Source: Girardia tigrina
Lineage: Eukaryota
Assembly (NCBI GenBank): GCA_001938485.1
Contig: MQRK01249112.1
Span: forward strand, 28,935-92,934
DNA length: 64,000 nucleotides
Direction: 5' to 3'
Shown here: positions 1-11,355 of the stretch, piece after piece
How positions within the stretch are numbered: position 1 is the first letter of the stretch
Layout: each line of letters opens with the position of its first letter
The notes under the pieces: model-generated
The model's database searches: none
Seen by the model: only the letters and a program-made list of their open reading frames with translations
Told to the model about the DNA's origin: nothing
Made by a program: the position numbers and the translations under genes

Positions 1-48
<48 letters not shown>
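1..48. repeat. (TA)n microsatellite; others at ~1557-1580, 12449-12478, 20026-20060, 20797-20930, 25579-25700, 37894-37923, 57679-57722
   Basis: Directly visible dinucleotide runs. Confidence 0.95.
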
Positions 49-52
<4 letters not shown>

Positions 53-496
53 TCATAATATGTTTTGAATGTATGAGTAAAATTAATAAACAGTTGCACA
101 AAAAAATAAAAAATTCAAACAAATTCAACCTTTATTTGTCGATAGAAAATGTAATTCTGGTTTTTGACAAAGGCATAACTACTCTTCCAAAGCATACTTG
201 AACGAGTTAGTTTTAAATCAGTCAACGCCGAAATAGTCTTGATAATAAGTTAAATTTATGCCCTCTATATAGGAGTAAAAAACAAGAAACATTACTTAAA
301 GTTTGTAATCATAGAATTAATTTTAAAAAGAAGCAATGTTAATTATTAACCATTGTGTACATAAGAATAGGGATCCCAGTGTACTACCGTGTCCGGTGGT
401 TAGAAGACTATAGAGGGACTATATGCTTTCTATTTGTACTTTTGTGCAACCTGTTCATTTATTTTACTCATACATTCAAAACATATTATGAATCAT
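48..496. repeat. ~55-bp inverted repeat pair (48-104 / 439-496) enclosing a short decayed reverse-transcriptase-like fragment on the minus strand
   Basis: ATGAGTCATAATATGTTTTGAATGTATGAGTAAAA..GTTGCACAAAA matches the reverse complement of 439-496. Minus strand ~405-350 reads LTTGHGSTLGSLFL, similar to the LINE RT GVPQGSxLGPLLF motif. Confidence 0.6.
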
Positions 497-888
497 AAAT
501 ATGTCAATTTCATTATAATTATTTTATTAAAATTGATTTATTTTACAATAATTGATAAGTTGTACAATTAATTTTACGTTGCTAATTCATTTTGTTTTAA
601 ACTTCATTATTGATTGATAATTTAATCCAGCTTCACTGCTTAAATGTAATTAAAACTCTATAAAATTATCATTTATTTATTTATTCTGGTGATTAAGAAT
701 CAATGATGATTAAAATTTATTTTAACACTAAAAAATCTTTGAATAAAATAACATTTGACGACCATTTTTATTAAAATGCTTACTGTTAAAAAACAATGTA
801 TTTGGTCCTATCTTTTACAAAGGATTTTTATCAGTAAAGTTTAAGTGAAAGTTAAGAATGGTTCTAGTGAAGGAATGGAGGTCATGTT

Positions 889-1337
889 TGTTAAGAGAAC
901 TCACACATTTGACAGAACATTTATTACATTCACATTTCTTATCATCTTTATGGTGATCATTAGTATTGCTTTCACTTAAATCAATATCTCTCATTATAAT
1001 CTGAACTATACTTGAGAAAATTATTTTATTTAAAAATATTTAATTTAAATTTAATTGGCTAAGATAAAATATTTCTATAGTCATTTTTAAACATTAATTT
1101 GATTTTAATTATTTAAAAATTTACAAAAATAAAATCAATAAAATTATTTAAAAGTTGCAATAATAAAAATGAAAAATTTGAACATTAAATCTAAATTTAC
1201 ATAAATTAATTTCAGATTATAAGAATTAAAATATTGATCATCCATCTGATTAGGAGAGACACAATCCCAAATCAACACACAACATTTAAACATGCAAACA
1301 CTACACAAAAACAATTACACACCGCATATTCCTCACA
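889..1337 (-). mobile_element. Solo LTR, copy A of the TGTGAGGAATAT family
   Basis: Minus strand runs TGTGAGGAATAT...TCTTAACA (TG..CA). Perfect 5-bp TSD ATGTT at 884-888 and 1338-1342. Closely similar to 3922-4384. Confidence 0.85.
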
Positions 1338-1580
1338 ATGTTATAGATCTAATTGAACCCAAATTACAAATCACTGTAACTTTTTCCGCAGTTTATGTGA
1401 TACTTTTTTCTATAATTTAATAAAAATTCGGTATATACAATATCCAGTTGTTAAAATTGTGATTTTACAGATTTGTAAATTGCATAAAATAACATTTACA
1501 AATTACTATGTCAAACGACTGCTTCGAATAAATTTGACTATTTACTTTCTAATGTTTATATATATATATATATATATATA

Positions 1581-2590
1581 CAGTCAACCCTCATTAATAT
1601 CCGAAAAATTAGAAATCGATTTCCTTTCCGATTGTAAATTAATTCGGATAATGAAGGAATTAAAAATCTATATGATCGCCAGATAATTGATGAAATTATT
1701 AAGAAAAAGACAATTATTTATTTCAAAAATCATCCAATGTCTTTTGTAGAGTTTTCTTTTCAATTAATGTCTGTAAATCATCTTTGACTTTTGTTAGGAG
1801 TGCCATTGGTGGCGTTTATATTTTCCTCTTCACCCAACATAGTTTATTTCTAAACGTTAAAATTTTCCAAATTGTATTTTATCACAATTTCTGAATATTT
1901 CTGAATATTCAAGCAATTTTTAGGAGATTTTTGTAATTTTTAATTTAACCGTATTATATAAATAAATTATATATGATGTAATATTAAAATATTTATAATT
2001 TATTATTAGAAATTAAAATATCTATTTTAAACCTTATAACACTTACAATTTTTATATTTTTTACTGTATCATTGGTTATTTTTGAGTAGAGCTGTTTGAA
2101 GAAGAACTTGCTTTGATGACAATTTTAATTGCATGGAATAAATTACTTGGACTTATGTTGAAACTGTCATCGACCTGAGCATCGTTAGCACTAAGTACAA
2201 CATCTTAAACAGTGTATTCTTCTTGACACTGAAATGATTTCATTAGCATCAATGACGTCTTCTGTTTGAATCATATCCTCTTCAAGCATTATTTGGTCAA
2301 GCTCATTCTTTCGTATCTCAAGAACGGGATCTGATGACAAGTTCTCTTCTGCATAAGATCCACGATGGCCTGGAACAATTGCAACTTTTATGAAACATTT
2401 TTTTGATGGTTTCGTTTTTCACATCTTCCAAAGCTTCATAGAGTATTAATATGGCTTTGTTAAAATTAACAACAAAGGCTTTTGTTTGATCAAGCGAGTT
2501 AATGTAATTAACCAATAACTTTTTTTCTGTAATGTTGTTTAAGATTTTTATTATATCTGTATCCATGGATTAAAACTAAGCAGTTGAGTT
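1581..2590 (-). mobile_element. Tigger/pogo-like DNA transposon, 3' remnant
   Basis: Terminus TA|CAGTCAACCCTC after the TA run. ORF 2318-2566 (MDTDIIK..KKLLVNYINSLD..AILILYEALEDVKNETIKKMF) resembles the C-terminal end of the Tigger DDE_1 domain. Confidence 0.65.
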
Positions 2591-2629
2591 CTTCGGAAGC
2601 AACAATATTTTGAAAACATTTCAAATGAA

Positions 2630-2941
2630 CATTTGAAAAATAGTTTGTTTATGCGTGACAACTGTCCGATCCATACGTCAAGGTACACAATACAGTTCTT
2701 TGATGAAAATAATATTAAAGTACTGCCATGGCCTCCATTTAGTTCAGATGTAAACCCCATAAGAACCACGCATAAGAAAACTAACCAATCAACCCGCTAA
2801 TCCAGAAGAAATATTCGTTCTTTTGCATGCGGAATTGGATATTTTGATGCATAACGATAAACTTCGTCATAATTATATTTTATCTTAACCTCGACGCGTT
2901 CGTGATGTGATCAAGTGTGGTGGAAGTTATACTAAATACTA
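2630..2941 (+). mobile_element. Tc1-like transposase C-terminal fragment (decayed)
   Basis: Reads FMRDNCPIHTSRYTIQFFDENNIKVLPWPPFSSDVNPI and ends RRVRDVIKCGGSYTKY*, matching Tc1 QDN..H / WP..SPD.NPI / GG.TKY motifs. Confidence 0.8.
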
Positions 2942-3921
2942 AACAGTTTATATTACTGCTCTCTATTGCCAATACTGTTTTAACAATACTAAAAATAACA
3001 ACATTGCTTTTTTTTCAATTTATATATATAATTTTAATAATCGTTCTTTTAATGGATATTTAACATTTGTTTATCAATCAAAATTAAAATAATTTTAAAT
3101 AACTTAATATTCCTTACACTCACCATTATTTATAGTTATAGTAACTCTGAAGGTTAAAGGCAAAAATTTAATTTGTACAAAAGTAAAAGTTTATTGTTCC
3201 GGTAGTCTCTATGTTAACCTGGAGACTTAACGGTAGTAGCAGAGTCATGGTGGTGCCACACCCATTTTGAAATAATTCTGAGTTCATTTAGATAATTTGT
3301 TTCATTAAACAACTAGATTTTTCAAAGTTCCAAATTTAATTATTTTTATAAAAAATAAAACCAATCTTCAAAATAATTCAATTTTCAAATTCTCAATCGA
3401 AAAATTAAGGGACAAATATTTAAAAATTCTCATCCAAAAACATATTAATCAGTGACAAGAATAACTTTTCGACTCTCGTCAAAAAATCATCAGCTGCAAC
3501 ATATTTTAATTTGTCGAAACAATAAATATTCAGTTGTAAAATGTTTAAACTATTCGAAACAAAAATCAGTGACTGTATTTCAACCAAATGATCATTTTAA
3601 GAATAAAATGATTGAATTTAAATAAAATAATAATTATTATGTTTTATATTTATTTATTCTAATATAATATAATTCTTTTTTTGATTTTATTTTGATTTTA
3701 ATTTTATTTTATATAATTATATACATATTTAATTATATTCATATCATAGCAAGCAAGTGAAAACAATTAAGCAATTGCGACTGTAATGTCAGTCTTTTTT
3801 CCCTTTTTTTATTTCTTTGTGTTGCATTGCGATTGTCGTTTGATGTGTGCCCTTTTGATTGCTTATTTCGCATGTAATTTTTTTTGATTTTTGTTTTTCT
3901 TGTCGATATTTTGGTTCGTGT

Positions 3922-4384
3922 TGTGAGGAATATTTGGTGTGTGGATGTTTTTGTGTAGTTTTTGCATGTTTAAATGTTATATGTTGATTTCGGATTGTGC
4001 CTCTCCTAACCAGATGGATTATCAATATTTAATTTTTTATAATCTGAAACTAATTTATTTAAATTTAGATTTAATATTCAAATTTTTAGTTTTTATTATT
4101 GNNNNNNNNNNNNNNNNNNNNNNNNNNNNTTTTTGTAAATTTTTAAATAATTAAAATCAAATTAATGTTTAAAAATGACTATAAAAATATTTTATTTTAG
4201 CCAATCAAATTTAAATTAAATATTTTTAAATAAAATAGTCTTATCAAGTTAATTCAGATTATAATGGGAGATATTGAAAATTGATTGATGGATTCTAGTG
4301 AAAGCATTACTGTTGATCATCATAAAGATGATAAGAAATGTGAATGTAATAAATGTTCTGTCAAATGTGTGAGTTCTCTTAACA
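3922..4384 (+). mobile_element. Solo LTR, copy B
   Basis: TGTGAGGAATAT...TCTTAACA with a perfect 5-bp TSD CGTGT (3917-3921, 4385-4389). TATAAAA at ~4180 and AATAAA at ~4348. Confidence 0.85.
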
Positions 4385-5389
4385 CGTGTAGCGACGTGAA
4401 TTTTTACAGTTATTATTTGTAATTTATATTCGAGCGAGTGATTTGTTGGGTGTTTGTTTGTGATATATATCTGTTGTAACGTGTAAAGATTTTAAGATGC
4501 TCAAAACATTTACGAAAAAACATTTTCTGCTCCGTCTTTGTTCAGAAATAAACTAAGATATTTGAAAGACAATTATATATGAAAGTACAATTAAATATTA
4601 TATAATTGAATTATTAAAGAAAATCAATAAAGCAATGGATTTAAACATGCAAAAAAATATTACTAAGCATTGACAATAATAATTATGATCCGACGTTGTA
4701 ATGTATGATTATTTATTTTTTTCTTTGTATTAAAGAGTTGTTGTTACTTTGACTAATTGTTTTTGCTAATTCATTTTTTACCAACTAGGTTTATGCAAAT
4801 AATAATTATTTATTTTGGTAAACTTAGTTTATAACACTATAATAATTTTTTAACTGTAAATAATAGCGAATATAATAAGTTAACTAACCAACTATAAAAT
4901 TCACTGCTTTTACAGTAACTATAGAACGTGTTACTGCTAACCTATTATATAATTTAATACAATACAATACGTTTTAATACAATAAATAAAGCTTTTGTTA
5001 ATCGTACATCGTCTTTATATAAAACTAAACAAATTTAACAAATATCTAAACTAATTTTATTTATAATATTAGAAAGTATAACAAAATTTTATATTGCATT
5101 GTATAAATTTGAATCGATCTTGAAAATATTATTAATTGAATAAATGATAAATATTTTATGACATTGTCAAGTTTGTGTTGTTTTATGACATATTAATATA
5201 CAATACGAAAATTCGATGTGCAAATTGTGAAACAAACTAATTTATCAAACGAGTTAGACTCATCAATTATTGATTAATTATTAACTTTCGGCTGTTGTTG
5301 AATTATGTTTATAGAAACACTTGATTAATTTTCACTTATTTTCTGCTCTAGAATCTGAGAACAAAATTACTTTTTGATTATTTACACAG

Positions 5390-5599
5390 ATTGGACAAAT
5401 ACTGTTAAACCAGTAAATTGGAAACTCTCTGCATTAGAAAGAAATCCAGACTCTTATCAAGGGGATGAGGAACTGTTAGTGTGGATGAGAACAGCCTCGT
5501 TATCTTACTTTAAGAAATTAAACCGTATAGTGGAACACAGAAGTAATCCATTCTTAACCGGATTGCCTGCTGGGAAATTCCATTTATTAATTAATTATG
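5390..5599 (+). CDS. CDC50: CDC50/TMEM30/LEM3 family P4-ATPase flippase beta-subunit, internal exon
   Basis: After a TTTACACAG acceptor reads WTNTVKPVNWK..EELLVWMRTASLSYFKKLNR..GLPAGKFHLLINY (family motifs KPVNW, E.F.VWMRTA, LPAG.Y). GT donor at 5600. Confidence 0.92.
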
Positions 5600-5651
5600 G
5601 TTACTAATAATTAAAGTAAATTAACATTGATGTTAATGTTTTTCAATTCAG

Positions 5652-5820
5652 CATATCCGGCTACTATATATAAAGGTACGAAAATGGTTATTTTGAGTAC
5701 AACTAATGCACTGGGGGGTAAAAATCATAACATGGGTATAATATATATTACCCTTGGATCTATACATGAACTAATATTCATAATATTCCTTATTTTTACC
5801 ATATGCAAAAGAGATCCGAA
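5652..5820 (+). CDS. CDC50: CDC50/TMEM30 exon with second transmembrane helix
   Basis: The 52-bp GT-AG intron 5600-5651 restores the frame: AYPATIYKGTKMVILSTTNALGGKNHNMGIIYITLGS (YPV..F.G.K...LST...GGKN..LGIAY..VG motif). GTTAGT donor at 5821. Confidence 0.9.
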
Positions 5821-6191
5821 GTTAGTTATTTTTATTAAATTTAATTATTTTAATAAGGATAATAATAATATTGATAATGATAATAATGATAATGATAATA
5901 AATTGAAATTTTTATTTTATTGAAATCTTTAAACTTAATTTTCTTAATGTATTTAATAAATTGAAAATGTTTCAATAATCAGAAGGCCTAATGAAACTAA
6001 TTTACCATATTTTTGACCTTTTTATTTTTTCAATATTTTTTAAGTATATCAAACGTATACTATATAAGCTGAAGGTTTATTACAAATATTATTTCAGTTA
6101 TGTTCTTAAGTTATTTTTTATTAAATCGAATTCTTTAAAATATATTTATTATTGTTACAGTAATTTCAGAAAATTAAATAAATTATTTTAG

Positions 6192-6282
6192 AATATTTGC
6201 AAAAAAGAGTATGAAAAGTAAAGGTCACGTTAATATAAAAGGTAAATTTGTTTTGAGTGCTACCGAAATACATTTTTTATGA
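6192..6282 (+). CDS. CDC50: Probable last CDC50 exon (cytoplasmic tail IFAKKSMKSKGHVNIKGKFVLSATEIHFL*)
   Basis: TTTTAG acceptor at 6191 is phase-compatible with the donor at 5821 and open to TGA. No homology support. Confidence 0.45.
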
Positions 6283-6639
6283 ACTAGAATTTTAACACAA
6301 TTTCTTAGAAAATTAATTTTTTATTAATAATATTTTTTTCAATAAAATTCTTTTAAATTGAAATCATCTGGAAAATTAAGTAACAGGAAAAATATAAAAT
6401 TAATTGTTCTCCTTTTCGACTTACATTTTTTGAAATATGGAAATCGTATTTGTTATACAATTAATAAAATTAATGTGACATTTTTTATGAAATGTTTCAA
6501 TTTGTTTTCTGTTTTTTTTAATTTTTGTTTATTTTTGATTTTTTATGTTTTAAAAAAATCTGTTTGAAAATTAAAATGTTCGAAACGTTTATTTAAAATT
6601 ATGTTTTTTCTAATAAAGTTTGTAAAAATTAATTTTAAC

Positions 6640-7410
6640 AGAATACTGGGACAATAAATATATATAAATAAATTTAACTAGTAAGTTTTATGGGTAGGGA
6701 GGAAACAAAAGATATCAAAGTTTCAATATATGGTTTATGATAATAAATGATTCGTTTTAAAATTATTATGAAACCGTTATGATTCTTGAAATATTAGCAA
6801 AGAGATGAATAAATTCTAAGATTTGGAGAGAGAAGTACACCTTCACAATTTGTTTTTTTTATTATTTAATTTTAAATAATATTTTTGCACAATATTGATG
6901 TATTATAATGTAAGACATCAGATGAAAGATCGAATCTGTTACGCAAGTTATACGATTTGTGTTTCTTTACTTTTCATAACTCAATCTTTAAATGTCTCTT
7001 TTTATAGAAGTAGTTGATAAGAACAGATATCAGTTCATAAAGAAGAGTATAAAAGTTGAACCGATCAAATATTTGAATTTATTTCCAGTAGAAATTGAAA
7101 ATTATTTTCAAATTCATTTGCAAATTCTTGTTTACAAATTGTTATTAACGTATTATGAAGAATAAACTTGAATAAATTGTATTCGTTAGATTATATTATA
7201 TGTGTATTCAACGACGCCATTCATTCATTTAAATTAAGTGATTGTTAAATCATTTACTAAATATGAATGATAATGTTGCTGTTTTAGTTACCAGTACAGT
7301 AAATTAAAAGCTAAATACATAAGAAAATATTGTAAAATCGTTTTGATGAAATACCAATTAAACCAATTTTTTAAGGCATTTCTTGGTGGTACAATGATTC
7401 ATAAAGGTCG
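6640..7410 (+). CDS. Candidate small exons of an unidentified host gene
   Basis: Several AG..GT-bounded blocks, including an open ~50-codon stretch from ~7010 (DKNRYQFIKKSIKVEPIKYLNLFPVEIENYFQIH). Splice phases not fully resolved. Confidence 0.25.
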
Positions 7411-7893
7411 TTGTAATTGAAGGTTTGAAGCAATGTCAATGTTTCGAAAATCAGAATTTTCATCTTAGAAGTTATTGAATAATTAAAAAAAAATTTTACA
7501 GAATATAAAAATATTTTCTTTAGAACGTAAATCATTTGACATCATTTAATATAATTTGGAAATAAGATTAATTGGAAGAAATTGAAAATGAGATATGTAA
7601 TGATTTTGATTTTATCATTATTTTGATTAAAACTCCGATAAATATAATATAACAAAATCCACACAAATTTCTTCCACAGAAAAAACAAACATTTTTTAAA
7701 AATAAAAAATGCACTAAAATTTTAAAAATAAATTTAAATAAAAACTAGTAAATCAAAAATTAAAATTTTTTATATCCATTCTTTATGCAGTCAGAACTTA
7801 ACTTTGCAAGCAAAGTTTTTAAATTTAAAAAATTTAAGATTTAAAAAATTTAAATTTAAACAAACACAATTAAAATTAATATTTTACTTATAA

Positions 7894-8487
7894 CACCGGT
7901 TGACGAAAAAAAATTTTCTTTGAAGTTTTAATGTTTTTCAGTCAATTAGATACTATTTTGGCATGCTGATGCCGAATATGTTATTGGTTTTTCTCGTTTG
8001 GCCCCTGTTTTCACACAATTTAATTTATTTAAATGCATATTTTACAGGCAATATTTTCTATTGTTATATAAAACATCAAATTCATGAGAAGTTAAGGTGA
8101 AATAAATTGTCTCTTCTTGGCTTTGCGGGCATGGGAGGCATTTGGCGAGTCTCTCTTCAGGCTTCAGCAATAATCGGCCAGCATATTCATGTCCCAGTGG
8201 CCATGGTAGCGCTCCTCCATGACTTGAATATCTTGGTGGAACCTCTCTCCTTGCTCCTCGCTGTAATCTTCGCAGTTGTCTGGGAAGTAATCCAGGTGAG
8301 AGCTAAGTAAACGAGTGCTTGAAAACGCTACAGCAGATCAGTGAAAACTCTCTGGTAGTCTTCCCTGTGGTGGTTGACCAGGAAATTTTGGATAATCGAC
8401 TTCAAGGCAGTCCATGCACGTTTCTCCTTTGGCGTAAGTGATTTGTCGAAATTGGGATCTTTCATGAACTCTCTTATCTGCCGTTTA
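7894..8487 (-). mobile_element. 3' fragment of a DNA transposon, probably Chapaev3/CMC type
   Basis: Minus strand reads QIREFMKDPNFDKSLTPKEKRAWTALKSIIQNFL..DYSEEQGERFHQDIQVMEERYHGHWDMNMLADYC. CAC terminus at 7894. Superfamily assigned from recall of the GERFHQDI motif. Confidence 0.7.
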
Positions 8488-8499
8488 TGCATTATTGCC

Positions 8500-8766
8500 A
8501 TTTATTCATTAAATAATATTGAGACAATCCCGGACAAAGGGTTTTCAATTTTTTTATGCATTTCATCAATTTCATGACAGTATCTCTCCGCTGTGATTGT
8601 TTCACCTGGATTCAAGAAACTATAGTGGATGATTCCAGCATCACACCACCAAACTTTCACCATAACCTTACGGGGTGTTAGTTTCGGTTTTGGAAAGTGT
8701 TTCGGTACTTCATCTTTGTCCAACCACTGTGCAGATCGACGTCGGTTATCATACAGGATCCATTTC
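8500..8766 (-). mobile_element. mariner transposase internal fragment, same family as 40504-41763
   Basis: WILYDNRRRSAQWLDKDEVPKHFPKPKLTPRKVMVKVWWCDAGIIHYSFLNPGETITAERYCHEID, nearly identical in DNA to 41135-41360. Confidence 0.9.
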
Positions 8767-9049
8767 TAGTTAATTTCTAGTTATTTCCATTGGATAGTTA
8801 AAAATATGTTAAAGTTTTACAGACTTGTTTAAGAGCACAGCTGATTTTTGTATCTGAGTTGAAACATTTGAAAGAGATGTTCTTAAATTAAAATTTCTAC
8901 CGGAAAACGTACGTAAAAAATATAAATGTTGGTAAAAGTGTCCTTAGATTCACGAACTGTCAATTTTGTAAAGAATTCAACGTTGTAAATGAATGATTAG
9001 AATGTTTAAAGTAAATATTTTTTTTATTTTCTCTTGGTGTTCATGTAAG

Positions 9050-9520
9050 TTTCCATTATGCTTTAAACTTTATCAGTACTGATATTTGAACAGCTTTTAT
9101 CGAATTGGATAAAGTTTTAACGAACAGCTTCATCCATTACAAAAGAGCTACTTGTTTCATGATTAACATCTTTTAATATTGTTAAACAATACAAGGAATA
9201 CGGAAAAAAGAAAATCATCAAGAATAAAACTGCCTATTTACAAATTCTACTACAAATCGGTAACGTATTTGAAAACACCTTAAGCGTAATCAATCAATCC
9301 TTAAATTCCTCAACAAAATCTTACCGAATTTCTCGTTCAGGTGTTTCAGAAAATTGGTAAAACCAAACTGAAATTGTTTCCCTTTAAATTTTCTTAGAAA
9401 AACTCCTTGACGCCCCACGATGATAAAAACAGGTTGGAAAGAGTAAAAAGACATATAAATGTTTTTCATCAAGATCGCCTTCAAGATTTATGTTCACTGA
9501 TGAAAATTCTTTTAATATTT
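9050..9520 (+). mobile_element. Highly decayed Tc1/mariner N-terminal-to-first-D fragment
   Basis: LTPHDDKNRLERVK..FMFTDENSFN resembles the LT....RL...FTDE..F motif. Confidence 0.4.
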
Positions 9521-10052
9521 ACGTTTTACATAATAAGTGGAAAATGGGAAAATAAATTCTCATTAATATAAAAATAAGAATCTAATATAGGTGGTTGTTT
9601 CTTTTGCTCAAGAGCTTTGTAACAATATCATTTAAACTAATCAGTAGAAGTTGACTTCTTTTCATGGTACTCTTTATGTACAGCCTTTTCTGACTTTAGA
9701 GTAAAGCATGTAGTCATCAAATCATTTAAAGTTCCGAATTTTTTTGTTGTCCGCACTAACGTTAACTCTCTTTGTACATATCTTCTAAGCACTTGATAAA
9801 CTAGAGGCAATTATAAATAATTTCACAAACGGTTAGAAGCCTGGACAAAAGTAACTAGTTGACATTTTTAAATGGGCATGTAATATTTAAAAGGAAATTA
9901 GTGCTTCTTTACATACATTTATTTATTGTATCAGTTGCTGCATTAAATGCATTAAATATCTTATTTTTACAAAGTCAAATGATTTTTAGGTCCACCTGTT
10001 GAGTTATCATTCATTTGAATAAAAAGATTTAAGAATTACATTATTAATTTAA

Positions 10053-10232
10053 CACATTGAATGCTGAGTACGAGATATCTCGTACTTCCATATTCATTAG
10101 TTAAACGCTAAGTACGAGATATCTCGTACTTAGCGTCTTAGTAATGTAAGCCAAAGTACGAGATATCTCGTACTTAGCGTCTAATTAATAAATATTGAAG
10201 TACGAGATATCTCGTACTCAGCATTCAATGTG
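10053..10232. mobile_element. piggyBac-type MITE with four AGTACGAGATATCTCGTACT palindromes at a 44-bp period
   Basis: TTAA at 10049-10052 and 10233-10236. Perfect terminal inverted repeat starting CACATTGAATGCTGAGTACGAGATATCTCGTACTTC. Palindromes start at 10067, 10111, 10155, 10199. Confidence 0.85.
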
Positions 10233-10936
10233 TTAAGACTTGTAAATGGAGAATTGTTTTTTACATAATTTGCCAAGAAATGGTCGAATTCCACCAGGAA
10301 ATTAAGATTTTGGAAGGGGTTATATTGTTCTGTGGGGTCTTAGGTTCTATCTAAAGCCGAGTTGATTTATTTTATTTGGTAAGGTTCGTTAATTTACTTA
10401 TTTATGGATAAATAAACAAACTAAAATCAATGAATATAATTATAAAATCAACTTATTAAAATGCGTCCTAAGTATAATCTTCAGATATTTTCATACGTCA
10501 GTTAGAAAAAAATAATATCAGTGTTTCCCAAATGCTATTTGTTGTTAATTGCTCTTTAACGATCGCCAGGGAAATTGGGCATTTGGCAGTGAATTAGAAC
10601 AGCAACATATGGCTCAATGAAAGAGGAGCTAGACAATATTTATTGGAATAGAAAATTATATCTGCCATTTCAATGGAGCGATTTGTCCCCAGATTGTTTC
10701 AATATGGACTTGAGATTAATCGATTATTCCATGACGTCGACCCACTAAATTGATCGCAAGCAATAATGACAGATTTGCTGGAATCAGATCTCCACAATTA
10801 TTCTTATGAATCTAATTTGTTTGTTGATTTTGTATGTAATATTTTATCGGTAATAATTTATTCCAGTTATTATTTATTTTCACAGATTTTTAATCTATAA
10901 ATACCAAGTATGTATAGATGTGTTACACTTATGAGC

Positions 10937-11355
10937 TGTGAGGAATATGTTATATCTGGCATGTTTTATTTTGTATATTGAGTTTTGTATTTGGAAATGT
11001 GCTTCTCCCATCAAGATGGAAATTTGGTATTTTGGAATGTTCGTGATGAGCATGGTTTACATTTTAATTCACAACAAGATACTTAAAATTTTGCAAATCA
11101 ATTTAATAAATCTGAATTTTAATAATACAATATATTTTTAGGTAAAATTATTGAAGAAATTATTGAAGTAAAAATTAAAAAATAAAATCATAGAAAATAA
11201 TTAAAATATTTTAAAATTAAAATTTATTTGAATAATTATTAAAACTCATCACTTTAGCTAGATGTCGAATTAAAAAGGTTTTACTGAGAATTGTCCCAAA
11301 GACAAATCAAACTGTGATAAAATACGTGTGGAAAATCATATTAATGTTCTTAATA
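10937..11355 (+). mobile_element. Solo LTR, copy C (diverged)
   Basis: TGTGAGGAATAT start, internal TCTCCCATCAAGATGGA box, GTTCTTAATA end. Degenerate TSD TGAGC/TAAAC (two G>A changes). Confidence 0.7.

Noticed and set aside
3190-3275. Structured ncRNA (hairpin AGTCTC..GAGACT)
   Set aside because: A single short stem with no recognisable snRNA, snoRNA or tRNA motifs.
3939-4154. Family of small secreted Cys-rich peptides (CASPxQM motif; also ORFs at 10938 and 44705)
   Set aside because: Frames and start codons are not conserved between copies. The shared sequence has TG..CA ends and 5-bp TSDs, so it is LTR DNA whose TG-rich strand mimics hydrophobic/Cys codons.
4387-4500. TGTAGCGACG as the start of another LTR
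   Set aside because: The TGT belongs to the CGTGT TSD of LTR copy B; no matching CA end or TSD was found.
10067-10218. CRISPR-like array (palindromic repeats with equal-length spacers)
   Set aside because: Spacers 1 and 3 are inverted copies, the unit has TIRs and a TTAA TSD, there are no cas genes and the context is eukaryotic. It is a MITE.
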